A DNA stretch of 64,000 nt, taken from the NCBI RefSeq assembly GCF_009914755.1, contig NC_060930.1; one strand, written 5' to 3'. Origin of the DNA: the human T2T-CHM13v2.0 reference genome, Homo sapiens. The translations under genes were made by a program, and so were the position numbers. Of the stretch, positions 48,390 through 62,475 are shown in pieces. The notes under the pieces were generated by a model, which searched no databases, was not told the DNA's origin, and worked only from the letters and a program-made list of their open reading frames with translations. The stretch's first letter is position 1. Each line of letters starts with the position of its first letter.

Positions 48390-48680
48390 TTTAAGCACTG
48401 GAAAAACCTTCAGTAAATGAGACAGACAAGGTTCCTGTATTCACAAAGCTTACATAATAGCATAGAAGGAAGACAGTGGTCAAGTAAACAAATAAGATTA
48501 TTTTAGAGGTAAATGTCACGAAGAAAATAAAATGGGAAGTGAGAGCTAATCGAGATAAAACTTTTCTAAAGAGGTAATTTTTAAGCTGGGTCTAAAATAA
48601 TGAACAACAACCCAAGCAAGCAAAGATTTCAGGGAAACATATTCCCAGCAGAGGGAACCACTGCCAAGGCCCTGAGGCAA
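48390..48680 (-). mobile_element. L2 fragment
   Basis: gagacagacaaggttcctgtattcacaaagcttaca...attcccagcagagggaaccactgccaaggccctgaggca. Confidence 0.7.
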
Positions 48681-49597
48681 TAGGTCTTCTGCCTCAGATG
48701 TCCAGCTCCTTCACAATTTCTCTCTCTTTTAAAAACTTCAGGTAAAAATAACTAAAACAACCTGAAAATGTCACCCTTTAGAGAGGTCCTTATTGTTTAC
48801 CAGGATAAAATAATTTAATACAAAGGGGAAAACTCCAAAAGTAAAATTCCTCCAGGGGACACATTCAAGAAGTAGTGGGCATCTCTCTGTGTCCAAGAAG
48901 AACATTCTGACGTAGACAATGGCTACCCAGTTCCACCCAGTCCTCCTCAAGATTCTCAGTGAAAGACGTACTTTGGTGCCAGTTTTTCACACTGAAGTAG
49001 GAACTGAAGAACTGAGTAAGACACCATATCTTTTTCCAGCACAAAAATTTCCCATTGCACCAATTTGCCATTCTCCAATGTTTTGAGAGTTGGATTTTTG
49101 GAACTGAGACTACATTTCCCTGTGGTAACAATAATATAATTGTAAAGTAGAGCCCTAAGCGAGTCTACAAAAGCCTACCGACTTAAAATGCTGCTCATCT
49201 TCTGTAAATTAGCAATGGAAAATAGAATTTTGTCACACTACTGGGAAATCAATAAAAAAAATTGAGTGAAGAAGAATTTATCTTGAATGGCATTGCATAA
49301 AGAAAGTCGGATTTAAGAAGAGTTCTTAAGAAGGAAGATTTTGAAGAGAGTTTTTTCACAACTTCTTAAAATTCTGATGTATGACGGGATTTGTTGATGG
49401 GTTATGTCTAATTTTACTTCATAAACTTTGGCTTGCTTTATTCTTGGTATAGTTGCAATACTGGGTTTTTTTCTGATGCATAATCACCTATGATTAGAGA
49501 CAAATGACTTAAGTCTCTTCTTAAGGTTGTGATCATATTAAGAACTCATGCAAGGTGGAGAGAGAGTGGGGATGAGAGAAATGAGGAAGCTCTAAGT

Positions 49598-49781
49598 CAG
49601 TAGTCTTCAAAGTTTTGCATGCATCAGAATCACCTGAAGGACTTGTTGAAACAGAATGCTGAGCTTCATGCCATGCCATCTCATCAATGAGGCTGGGGTG
49701 AGGCAGATAATTTGCATTTCTAACAAATTCTCAGGTAATGGTGATGCTGTTAATCCAGGGATGGCACTGTGAAAACCACTG
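49598..49781. mobile_element. MER5A (hAT-Charlie)
   Basis: cagtagtcttcaaag..tgcatcagaatcacctgaagg...tttgcatttctaacaa...gaaaaccactg. Confidence 0.88.
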
Positions 49782-50119
49782 TTTTAAACACAAACAAAGC
49801 CAGAAACAAAATTGAAATCTTGCAGCAGGCACTGCTGTTGTCCCTGCAAGGTTGCACACTGCCCTGATGTTTAGGGATGCTGTGTTATTGACTGATTACT
49901 AATAACAATTGTGGTTGGGTTGGGAAGGACCAATTTGTCAGAAAGCAGACTTTTCCAATGTTTTGAGGTGTCAGAAAGCAGGTGCAAGGATTAATAGTTC
50001 TTCCTGGTTTTGTAAGATTCTTCTTCTTCTAGTATAAAAAATAATTTCTGGGACCATCTGAAGAAATGTTAGAAGCTGAGACCACAAACACACTGCCTGA
50101 ACGGTGCTGTTTTGTAGCT

Positions 50120-50820
50120 TACTCAACAAATAATATTCAGTGTCTACTAGTTGCAAAACACTGAGATAAATAGGACATATGGGAGGAAAGAAAATGATTT
50201 AATCTAAAGGGACACACAGTCATGCACCTGAATAGCTAATATAAAAGTATCCTAAACATATCCTAAGAGTATTACAAATAAAATGCAATGAGAGTTTGAA
50301 GGTGGGAAGGATACTACTACCTGGAGAAACAGGTCAAGATTTAGGCATGACCTTGAGCAATAGATAAGATTAGGGGTTTGGGAAATTGTGGGTAATAACA
50401 TAAGGAAGGAATGACAGAAGGAAAACAAATGTCCAGGAAGAGAGAACTATGTGAATAAAAGTTATACAGATGAAGGTGGGACTTGGATCTGGGGGCAATG
50501 AGAAATTCAGAAAGCTGGAGCACAGACCACAAGAAAATGCGCAAGGAAGACAGGAGAGATAGGCCAGCACTAGATCATAGTGGTTCTCAAATAGCAGGCA
50601 AAAACGATTGGACATTGACCAGGTATTGGGGAACTTTGAATGCTTTTGACAAGACTGATCATTTGGAGCTATAGATTAGGATATTTGATTGGGCAGCAGA
50701 AAATTGGGATGCTACTCTTGTAGCCCTGGTCTAAGGAAAGACGCCAGGGTAGGGGAGCAATGAGAAAAAGGAGGAGAGAGTTGATGGATAAAGTAAGGAA
50801 AAATCATCATTACCCCATAA
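50120..50820 (-). mobile_element. L2 fragments
   Basis: actcaacaaataatattcagtgtctacta...; purine-rich L2 antisense text. Confidence 0.55.
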
Positions 50821-50822
50821 CA

Positions 50823-51353
50823 CAGGGTTCCCCAACCGCAGGACCAAGGACTGGTACTGGTCTGTGGCCGTGAAGAACCCAGCCACACAGCAGGAGGTAA
50901 GCAGCAGGCGAGTGAGCAAAGCTTCATCTGTATTTACAGCCGCTCCCCATCACACATTACTGCCCAAGCTCTGCCTCCTGTCGGATCAGCTGCGGCATTA
51001 GATTCTCATAGGAGCATGAATCCTATTGTGAGCTGCACATAAAAGGGATCTAGGTTTTATGCTCCTTATGAGAATCTAACGCCTGATAGATCTGTCACTG
51101 TCTCCCATCATCCACATATGGGACCGTCTAGTTGCGGGAAAATGAGCTCAGGGCTCCACTGATTCTACATTATGGTGGGTTATATAATTATTTCATTATA
51201 TATTACAATGTAATAATAATAGAAATAAAGTGCACAGTAAATGTAATGTTCTTGAATGATCCTGAAACCATCCCCACCTACCTCCACCCCTTCCATGGAA
51301 AAACTGTCTTCCACGAAACTAGTCCCTGGTGCCAAAGATGTTGGGGACCACTG
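50823..51353 (+). mobile_element. MER1A (hAT-Charlie)
   Basis: cagggttccccaacc...gcattagattctcatagg...ttggggaccactg; TSD ccataaca/ctgtaaca. Confidence 0.92.
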
Positions 51354-51392
51354 CTGTAACATATTTGAGGTCAAGAATAAAAATGAAAGAGA

Positions 51393-51805
<413 letters not shown>

Positions 51806-51989
51806 TTATAGGTATCACAGATTCTTACACCATGAGTAAGGTGGAAACTTTGTTATAAAATCCCAACTTTGCCTAGCCTCATTAATAAGCCCCCTTTGCC
51901 TTTGGCCAACAACCCTTGGCATTAATGGTCACCATTTTTGTAAGCACAATTCTTAAATACACATGTGAAAGTGTAAACATAAAACTGAA

Positions 51990-52144
51990 GCAGTGTCAAG
52001 AAGCGGTACTTCGTCTTACGACATATAACACAATCTGATATTTCGTATTCTATTCTGTTTCACTTTTTAAAAATACTCATTACAACCACCAAATTGATTT
52101 CATGGCCCACAGATAGGTTGTATCCCAAAGTCCAAAAAACACTC
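51990..52144. mobile_element. Old hAT-Charlie MITE fragment (MER119-like)
   Basis: aaattgatttcatggcccacagataggttgtatccc...aaaaaacact terminal region. Confidence 0.5.
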
Positions 52145-53197
52145 TCCTAACCTAAACTATAAGACTTAGCAATTACTTAGGCGATATAGAAAAGGGAAGA
52201 GCTACTTTTAACAGAAGTAAGGGGCAAAAATGTGGAACCAATACATTCTTCTTATTCTCAAGGATATTTTAGACTACTTTTCCAAAAATGCAAGATATCT
52301 ATAAACATAAAGCTTTAAAATAATGGCTAACTACTCCACTGAAGAGAAAGAGAGTGCTTCTATATCTATTTTAACAAGATACTTAAAGTATTGGACACAG
52401 TTCATTTGTGGACATTATGAAAATTTAGTTCTGTATATGAAAACCCATATTTATAACCTAATAAATTAAGGTGGAGGAGGCTAAGCATTCACATTTCAAA
52501 GGCAACCTTAACTCTATGAAAGGATCTTTTCAATATGTTTAAATACAAATAATTCTCTTAATGCACTTAAGTCACTAATCAAATTAACTAGCCACTAGAC
52601 AGAACCAGCTAAAGAAGAACTAGGTTAAATACCACAGCCATTTCTTTTCATCAGAAATAGAGAGCATTGAAACAGGAAAGATGTTCAAAGGAAAGATGTC
52701 TCAATTTGTAGAACTGTTATTTATACCCAACTTTTCAAAGTATCTCTTGTCTATCAGAGTAAGGCAAGCAGATGGCAGCCAGCAATGATAGGATGTGCCT
52801 TGTCCTTCAATTAAGCCTGACTTGAGGGGCAAGTGCTGCCATGGATGAGCTGGAGGTATTGCTTTTCCACTCACCAGCTTTTGTTAGCCATAATTCATCA
52901 CTTTAATGAAACAGACTCTACATGTGCATTTCCCTGGAGGAGGACAGAAAAACACAGTGGATTGGCTTGTCACAACCAACTCATACACTATTTATAAGAA
53001 AGAATAAAAACTGACCTAAAGTGGGCATTACTATGCATCCTACAGTGCTAAGTACTTCCACAAATGTGATCCTCTAACAACCCAAACAGGCGATCATATT
53101 ATCCCCAGGTGGATAAATTGGAACTCCAAGAAGTTAAATAACTTCCCCAAAGCCAAACAGCTGGGAAGTACAGAGCTGAGATTTGAGGTAAGATTCC

Positions 53198-53717
53198 TGT
53201 TGAGCAAGTGACACCTGTTGTCTACTATCGGAAGCAGCAATCCTAGGATGTCAATCTACTGCATGGTTTCCAGGTGTCAGGGTTACCAAAAAAAAAAAAC
53301 ATGACTTACACAGGCACTGGACAGAACGACGCTTTATCCACAGAGAAAAGAGATAGAGCTAGATCAGCTTCAATAATGAGCCTGTCTCTCCCACGGCCAG
53401 TGGGTCTTGCCTGGCAACCAACACAGGGAGGTGGTCTATATGCATCCCTCCTGTACTGCAGCAAAAGACCCCCTTCCCTCCCCACCAGAACAGATCTGGC
53501 CATGGGGTTGGCCAGATGCCATATGACACACACGCTTAAGCAGAACAAAGAAGTATTCATTGAGCATGAACAGGGAAAAATATTTCCAAGCAAAAAGATA
53601 TGCGTAGCACAGGCTGTGAGGCCTCTTTATCTCTGCAGGGAAATGCTGTAGGCCCACAGCTACTGTCATACAGCCATGCTAGGGGCCACAAGCTGTGCAC
53701 AACTGCTTTCCGTAACA
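53198..53717 (-). mobile_element. Probable ERV solo LTR, family not determined
   Basis: Minus strand begins tgttacggaaagcagttgtgc and ends acttgctcaaca; GC-richer than its flanks; no clear TSD. Confidence 0.5.
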
Positions 53718-54700
53718 GTAACAAACTTTCTTAACTTGCCCCAATAAGAAATAAGAGGAAACTCGCAAAAGAGCAGGACAATCGGTCTCCAGCGTAGTTC
53801 TTTCATGTAGCTTTATTCAAAAAGGTAATTGGCTTCAGAGTGTATGTTTGAATATACAATATGTGCAGCAAGAGAGGCAATCAAGACTTTCAACAATAAA
53901 TCATCCCAGATGCTGGGCTATTGAGATTGTTTTCCCCATTTCTTCCACCCCTGAATCTGTCTACCTCCCTGCACCTTTTGGTTTTCATTTCTTCCATCAG
54001 TAGCCATGGTAACACCCAAAGATAAAACACAAGCAGGAGATTCTTGCAAGTATCTTGAAATGTGGAATCTTGCCAGCGTTTTTCATCAGGATAATATTGT
54101 GTACCACACAAACAAAGCAGCTCCCTTCTCATCCTTTCTCATTCATTTCCCACCCACTCAGTGGCAGCCAAGACCATTCATGAAGCTTATGAGATGACTG
54201 TCTGGTACATTTGTATTCATAAACTTGCAGATCAGTCTTTCAATGTGCAAAAAATGCTTGAGCTGGAAGCTGTTGGTTTTGTCTCACCACTCCCAATTAA
54301 CCTTTACCTAAGAACTAGGCATTAGCCAGAAATGAACTTTTCTGTGAGATATTCTATTTATTGTTCATCTTAATCAGAGGTGACTTTTTAAATTGTGGCA
54401 CTCCCTCTGGCTTCCCATAGACGTTGAATATTCAATGAAATTTCACCACAATGGGACTCTTCTGAATTTCTCTGCTAGATTGTGAGTACTGAGGGATATG
54501 AGAGTGGAATCTAAAAACGGGCTTGGTTTTTTACCTAAAATCAGTCTTGATTAGATTCACAAATACCTGGGTTCACCCAGCTGGAGTACCTAATTATTGA
54601 TTGCACGGATATAAATCAGAGGCAATTACAAAACAATGATCATCTGTCTGGAGCGCATTAAAACATGAAAGGTTTGCAGAGACGAATACAGTGTGGATGG

Positions 54701-55614
54701 GTGTATATATGTATATATATGTATATATATGTGTATATATATGTGTATGTATATATACACATATATGTATATATATGTGTATGTATATATACACATATAT
54801 GTGTGTATATACACATATATATGTGTATATACACATATATATGTGTATATACACATATATATGTGTATATATACACATATATGTGTATATATACACACAT
54901 ATATACGTATATACGTATATATACTACATATAATATGTATATATGTAGTATATATGTATATATACTACATATGTATATATACATATATACGTACGTATAT
55001 ATGTATGTATGTATATACGTATATACGTATATATACGTATATATACGTGTATATGTGTATATATACGTATATGTGTATATATGTGTATATATACGTATAT
55101 ATGTATATGTGTATATATACGTATATATGTATGTATATGTGTATATATAAGTATATATACGTATATGTGTATATATATGTGTATATATACGTATATATGT
55201 GTATATATGTATATATGTGTATATATACGTATATATGTATATATGTGTATATATACGTATATATGTATATATGCGTGTATATATGTATATATATACATAT
55301 ATGTGTCTATATACATATATACACGCATATATACATATACGTATATATGTATGTATACATATATTGTATATATGTATATATACTATATATGTGTATATAC
55401 ACGTGTATATATATGTGTATATACACGTGTATATATATATGTGTATATACACGTGTATATATACACGTGTATATATACATATACACGTGTATATATACAC
55501 GTGTATATATACATGTGTATATATACATATATGTGTATATGTACATATGTACGTGTATATATGTATTTATACGTGTATATGTACGTATATACGTATATAT
55601 ATACATATATATAT
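54701..55614. repeat. Complex (TA)/(CA)/(CG) alternating purine-pyrimidine array
   Basis: ~915 bp of units such as atatacacatatatatgtgt, atatacgtat and atatacacgtgtatat. Confidence 0.98.
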
Positions 55615-55849
55615 TTGAGAATGTGCATAAAAATGGCATAGTCTTTTTAAACTTTTATTATATTTTAAATTGCCTGATTGGGTGCTGATGGTTATTATTT
55701 AAAATTATTGATTTTTTATTGCTTTTTCTTTAAAAATACTAGTGACTTTCTAGTGAACTGTAAACCCTAAGCAGAATTTACATCATCAAGACCTGAAAAC
55801 ACACTGACCTTATAGCTCCTTGACCTCCTCAATTTTAACAATAGATATT

Positions 55850-56045
55850 TTGTGAGTGCCTATTATGTTACAGCCCACAGATACTTTCCATGCAATATCT
55901 CCTTCATTCTTCCCACAATCTTCTGTGTTGTGGATTTTTAGTCCCATTTTATGATAGCAGAAATTGAGGGTCAGAGAAATTAAATAACTTACCTGAAGTC
56001 ACACAGCTTATAGGTAGCAAAGCAGGAGGGTACCCAGGCTTGTGA
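55850..56045 (-). mobile_element. MIR SINE
   Basis: gtcccattttatgatagcagaaattgagggtcagagaaattaaataacttacctgaagtcacacagct. Confidence 0.75.
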
Positions 56046-56734
56046 CTGCCCCACACTGCCTCCTTGTGACTTCGTGTCAATTACTCAGAGCTTCAATCAC
56101 CTGTCAACCCATGAGCATTGGAAGACATTCTACTACGAGCCTGCCTTCTGACCACCACTCTTATCTTTGCATTTCTTCTATTAAGTCTTCTGGCTCCTTA
56201 TCTCCTCTTTTTTATAATCCGTCATCATCTTTAGCATAAATTCCTTCCTAGCTCAGCCATTTCAGCCTTTTGCTCAGGCCACACTTTGATTCCTGCAAAT
56301 TTGCTTTCAATTCTTCATCTCTACCCATCTTGTGACTCATCTAAACCCTATACATAAAGTCATTAACGAGCCATGAAGAAAGCCAAGAACACAAGTGGAT
56401 TATTTGTCCACAGGGCAATGCTAATCAACCTCAGTTTAGTTTTCATTATTTCTTGGTGAGCCTTTAATACATTCCAATTTGATTGTCTATCACATACCTG
56501 AAGCTCTATTCCAAACCTTTGACCCTCAAACTCCTAAACACAGTCTGTCGAATCTTTATCTCAAAATTATCTCACATTCCTTTGCTCTAGAGGGACTGAG
56601 GCCCTTTAGCACCAAAGCCACAGCTCTCTCTTCTTCCATCCCAATCATTTATTTCCTCCTGCTTTCATCTTAGGGGGAGAGAATCCCTTCATCTCAGAAT
56701 CTGTACCATCATGCGTCACTTTTGGTCAAAAGGA

Positions 56735-57120
56735 AATAATTAGTTTGATCCTGATTCAAACAAACTATATGTAAAAAGACATCTGGAGATAACTGAGGAA
56801 AATTAAATGATGTCTGGATACTGTATTACAGTGAGAAATGGACGTTAACTTGTTAGGTCTGATAATAGCATTGTGGTTATGAAAACCAAGGATCTTATTA
56901 GTTAAGAGGTGCATATGAAATTATTACGAGTGAAAAGGCACACAGCATCTGGAATTTGTTCCAAATGCTTTGGCGACTTTTTGTTCCAATGTAGGGCATA
57001 GATGAAACAAGCTTTAGGAAATGTTGGTAATTGTCAAAACTGTGTGATGGGTAGCTAGAAAATAATAGATTCTCTCTAATCTTGTGTATATTTGAAAATA
57101 TCATTCTAAAAATTAGAAAA
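56735..57120 (+). mobile_element. Old L1 (L1MC/ME-like) 3'UTR fragment
   Basis: tttgatcctgattcaaacaaac...gataatagcattgtggttatg...tgtatatttgaaaat. Confidence 0.7.
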
Positions 57121-57559
57121 GCCAAAGCAATTGAAAGTCTTTTTAAAATCGTTATTAAAAAATTATTCTCTAAAATCTTAAATCACCTTCTGTTGGATTA
57201 TTACCCCTCCTGCTGCTTTGAAACAAGCTCTGGCCTTTTCTGTCCTAACCTTCCCTGAATAGCACTGTTTCTGGAAACTATAACTATCTTTTTATCTTTT
57301 CCAAAATCCTGAAATGCCAAGAAAATAGTTCAGATCATTCTGCCTTTCCAGAATTACACCCAATCCTTATCTCCTCCTGCTCTCACCCTCAGCAATCTGG
57401 CTTCAACTGTCGTCACCACCTAGCCAGTTTCAAAATTCTCAGGTGCCATACCACTCATCTCTACATGAACAAGGCTGTTTCTCTGATCTCTCTTTTTTGC
57501 AGCCAACCATCTCTCTTCTTCTGGATAATTCAAAATTATTTACATTTATTAACTCAGAT

Positions 57560-57727
57560 AATCATCCCAATAATGCTATGAGGTAGGTACTACTGTTGTC
57601 CCCATTTTAGGTAAGGGGAATATTGATGCAGAGAAAGGTCAAATAATTTGTTCGTGGTCACACGGCTAATGACTGGCAGAGCTGGGAACCTAGGTAGCCC
57701 AGCTCCTTTGTCCATGCTCTTAACTAT
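57560..57727 (-). mobile_element. MIR SINE
   Basis: ctatgaggtaggtactactgttgtccccattttag...ggtcacacggctaatgactggcagagctggga. Confidence 0.8.
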
Positions 57728-57945
57728 TGTGATGGTTAATTGTAGGTGTCAACTTAACTGGATTAAGGAATACCTAGAGAACTAGTAAAGCCTGGGCGTG
57801 TCTGTGAGAGTGCTGTGCTTCCAGAGGACATTGGTGTGTGCGTTGGTTGGCTGACTGGGAATGATCCACCCTCAGTGGGCATCATCCAATCAGCTTGAGG
57901 TCCAGAAAGAACAAAAACACAGAAATTAAGAAAGAAAGAAAGAAA

Positions 57946-58010
<65 letters not shown>

Positions 58011-58596
58011 AGGAAGGAAGGAGAAAGAAAGAAAAGAAAGAAAGAAAGAAGGAAGGAAGGAAGGAAGGAAGGAAGGAAGGAAGGAAGGAAGGAAGGAAGG
58101 AAAGAAAGAAAGAAAGAAGGAAGGAAGGAAGGAAGGAAGGAAAGAAAGGGAAAGGAAAGGAAAAGAAAGGAGGGAGGGAGTGAGGGGAGAGGGGGGGAGG
58201 AAGGAAGGAAGGAAGGAAAGAAAGAAGGAAGGGACAGTTTATTTTTTTCTCTCTCTCTCTCACTCCCCTGGAGATGAGATACTCTTCTCTTTCTCTTGGA
58301 TATCAGAACTCCAGGATCTTTGGCCTTTGGTCTCCAGGACTTACATCACCAGCCCCTGGGTTCTCGGGCCTTCAGCATTTGACTGAGAATTATACCATCG
58401 GCTTCCTGGTTCTGAGGCTTCTGAACTTGAACTGAGCCATCGCACCAACATGCCAGGGTGTCCAGCTTATAGACTGTCGTGGGACTACTCAGCCTCCATA
58501 ATTGCATGAGCACATTCCCCTAACAAATGCCCTCATATACCAATCTATCCATCTATTTCCTATTCATTCTGTCTCTCTGGAAAACTCTAATGTAAC
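57728..58596 (+). mobile_element. MLT2-type (ERVL) solo LTR containing an expanded purine microsatellite
   Basis: tgtgatggttaattgtaggtgtcaacttaactggattaagg...gggactactcagcctccataattgcatgagc...tctgtctctctggaaaactctaa. Confidence 0.9.
57927..58231. repeat. (GAAA)n/(GGAA)n compound microsatellite
   Basis: ~300-bp almost pure purine tract including (GGAA)13 at 58051-58102. Confidence 0.97.
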
Positions 58597-58937
58597 AGTC
58601 ACACCAAACTGCCTTATTGACATCTAGTGTAGGACTGCTCCTTCTGTTCCATGAGTACAGCCATTGTACAGCCCCTGTGAGTGTACAACGCCACAAGGAG
58701 GTAAGCACATTTGGGATTTTAAAGTTCTGTCATAATGTTCTGCTTGCCCAGAAGAATAACCTTTTCACCATGTTAATGAGACCATCTAATATTCAGCATA
58801 GTCAGTGAAATCATTACAAAGTGAATTTTACTTTTAATCAATTAGTCGGCAAAATAATCCAAACATGACTAGCTAAGAAACTAAATAGACAAAACAGCTA
58901 GTGAATGGACAGGGACTTTATTTCCTGGTGTTTCCTA

Positions 58938-59370
<433 letters not shown>

Positions 59371-59404
59371 CTAACAATCAGTTTTTCTTTTATTTTCAGC
59401 AGCT

Positions 59405-60020
59405 ACTCATGAGCATAAAGTCCAAATTCGTTCAGATGGTATAAAAAGCCTTTCATCCTCCAGCCCTGCCTACCTGTCCCCACTCAGCCTCTGTCACCAC
59501 CAATTCCCGATATATTCTACACTCTATTTGCGATTTCCTAATGAGCTTTGTAGTTTAAGTCCCTAGGTTTTTGCATAGGCTATTTTTTTTAAGAATACAT
59601 TACCTCCTCCCTATAGACATCTAGAGTGCCCCACTGGCCCCAAGTCAGACCAACCCCTTACCCTGGCTCCAGTAGCTCAATCTGCTCTACAAGGATGATT
59701 TTACCAAAGCCAGGTGAAACACATTGCCCATTCCTTCTGAATATTTGCAGCCCAGCCTTGGAAAGGCTGGGTATGTGTATGTATATGGTGTATAATCTTT
59801 TAGAACTCTCTGTTGTCTCCATCCTCTGGACTCCTAAAGCTCCTCAATATACCCTCATTTGTCCCTATCTCACTTTTCTTGCAATTATTTATGTACACAT
59901 GCATCTATCTGCCCTACTGTATTTAAAACTTTATGAAGGCATCTGTTATGACTTATTTTTGTTTCTTCATACAAAGTAGACACTCAACTACTCACAAGAT
60001 CTTGTTGATTGAATTAATAA
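59405..60020 (+). mobile_element. L2 fragments
   Basis: ataaagtccaaattc...aaagcctttcatcctccagccctgcctacct...agtagacactcaac..ttgttgattgaatt. Confidence 0.6.
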
Positions 60021-61859
60021 ATCTGTTTCACCTGAGGATTTTCACTCAGCTTCAGTGGGAAAACCGTAGGAATAGGATATTCTTTGCCTGTGGTGGTCTT
60101 ATCTATCAAATCATTAAGAGACCAAATTTAATAAACTGTAACAATGTCATACCAAGATCCACTTGATACATTTAACAAACTTTAACAATGTCATACCAAG
60201 ATCCACTTGAATCAAATCTGTTTAAAATGTCAATTACAACATACCTTTTGCCAATTCGAAAAAACATTGTCTGGTTTAGTAGATCCAAAAATAAACACAA
60301 AAATTTGCTACTTACATTATCAAGTTTATACAGTGTTGATTAATTCAGGTGCTTCTGAAAAGGGTTTCAAAAGTAGATGAATACATCTGATTCAGACTCA
60401 GAATGATAAACGTTATGATGAGCATTGTTCTTTAACTTCCCTTCATTCATTTTTAATGTCAGTTCATCTCAGGAATATCTGATTTTGTTTATTCTTGCTG
60501 TTTGATAATTCTTAAAATTTTATATTTCGAATGCTTGTAACTTCAGTACCATGCCCTCAAGATATTTTTCCAGGCAATCTAAAGGAAAGCGATTTGTCTC
60601 AATATACCTAGAGGGAGACCTGCATCTTATGCCTCTTTGTACACCCAGTAAACGCCATAGATCCTGGCATCTACTAAGTCCTCAATATGCATTTGTCAAA
60701 TTGAATTGACCTACACTTCATCTGGAGAGTCTGATGTTTAAATCATTGTCAGTGTTGCTTGGTTTTATTTGGAAGGAGATGGGCTTATGTTTAGGGAACA
60801 TAATCTCTAGGTCATAACTTTTTAATTTCTCTATTACATTTATTCACATATATTATTACATTAATAGGGTTTCAGCAAACCACAAGAACTTTTCAGATTT
60901 TATCATCTAATGCCATCAGCCTTTCTTTTGATGAAGTTAGACATTCACTTCTGATCACACACATTTACAGAATATTAAATTTCAATCAAGTTGGAGATAA
61001 ATATTATCAGGTTTTATTAATCATTTCCAAGCTGATACCCCAGGTACTCTGAAAAGACTGTTATTTCTTCCTCCTTTGCTTATTAACTTTAAATCATAGT
61101 TTCTTCACTTACATCTGTCTCTTTTTCATTTGTACATGCTGCCAAGTATTAATTATCATTTTTAAAGATTGGAAAAAGAGGAAGTTTTCTTGCACAGAAT
61201 GATGACCCACACTTGAAAAGTCATATAGATACAAACACACGGCACAAGAAATAAAAAACTATACCTTATGAAAGTCCTCAGCCAAACCATAAGCATAGAA
61301 AGAAGACATTTAATACCAAGTATACTATGAAAAAGAGCCAATGCACAGCTTTCAGAACTTTAATTATTGCCTGTGTCAGGAAAAAATAACTGTTTCCAGC
61401 ACACTGTGTACCTACTAAAGATTCTAGATGAAATCAGATATATAGGCATTTCTCTGGTAGTTAAAAGAGGTTAGTAACCAAGTACTATGTAATGACATTA
61501 ATTAAATCCCAATTTCAATCTGTACTAAAACACTGTTCTCCTGAAGCTGTAAATAATGAGAATTGTTCTAGATAGATTTAGTGCACTACACTCCAAGGAA
61601 AAACAGAAGTTTGGGCATGTAGTGAGATGCATTGTAAATTAGCTCTTTCAGGAAAAAGAAAAAAGGGAAAAACAAAATAAAGTATTATTAACATCACTAA
61701 AATTCACAGATGACAGTACTAATTGCAGTGGATCTCTCATTCATAAATATTTATTAAGCCCTTACTATTTGTGTAATGTGGAAACATACAATGCCCAAAG
61801 GCCTCAAAGACCTCAGAATCCAATTAAAGAAAAAAACACATATATTCAAAAAAGCCATT

Positions 61860-62475
61860 GTCATGATTATCTACATAGAAAACTTCAAGAAATCTACAAA
61901 ATAAAAAACTCCAGAACTAATAAGTGAATTTAGCAAGGTCACAAGATATAAGATTCATGCACAAAGCAATTGCATTTCTATACTTATTACAGCCATGGAG
62001 AAATCAAAATTTAAAAACACAATATCATTTAAAGTCTCTTCAAAGAAGATGAAATACTCAGGTATAAACCTAACAAGACAAACACAGGATATGTTTGAAG
62101 AAAATTACAAAATGCTGATGAAAGAAGTCAAAGAACGCCTACATAAATGGAACACATACTGTTCGTCGATTGGAAGATTCAACACAGTACTGATGTCAAT
62201 TTTTCCTAAATTGATCTGCAATTAATGCCATTTCTATCTAAATTCTAGTAAGATCTTTTGTAGATACAGACAAGCTTATTCTGAAATATACACGGGAAGA
62301 CATAGGCCCTAGAAGAGCTAAAAGAATCTTGAGAAAGAATAAAGCAGGAGGTATCACTTCACCTGATGTGAAGACTTAATATATGGCTACAGTAATCAAG
62401 AGAGTTCATATTGGCAAAAGGATACACACAAAAATCAATGGAATAGAGAACCCAGAATAAGACCCACGCATATAC
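61860..62475 (+). mobile_element. L1M ORF2 fragment
   Basis: ORF 61995-62225 (MKYSGINLTRQTQDMFEENYKMLMKEVKE..SIGRFN) is L1 ORF2-like. Confidence 0.88.

Noticed and set aside
53274-53669. 125-aa ORF and overlapping antisense ORFs
   Set aside because: Lie in a probable LTR; no recognisable domain
54594-55688. Many overlapping Y/I/T/H/V/C-rich ORFs up to 331 aa
   Set aside because: Artefacts of the alternating TA/CA array
57763-58386. K/E/R/G-rich and F/L/S-rich ORFs
   Set aside because: Translations of the GAAA/GGAA microsatellite
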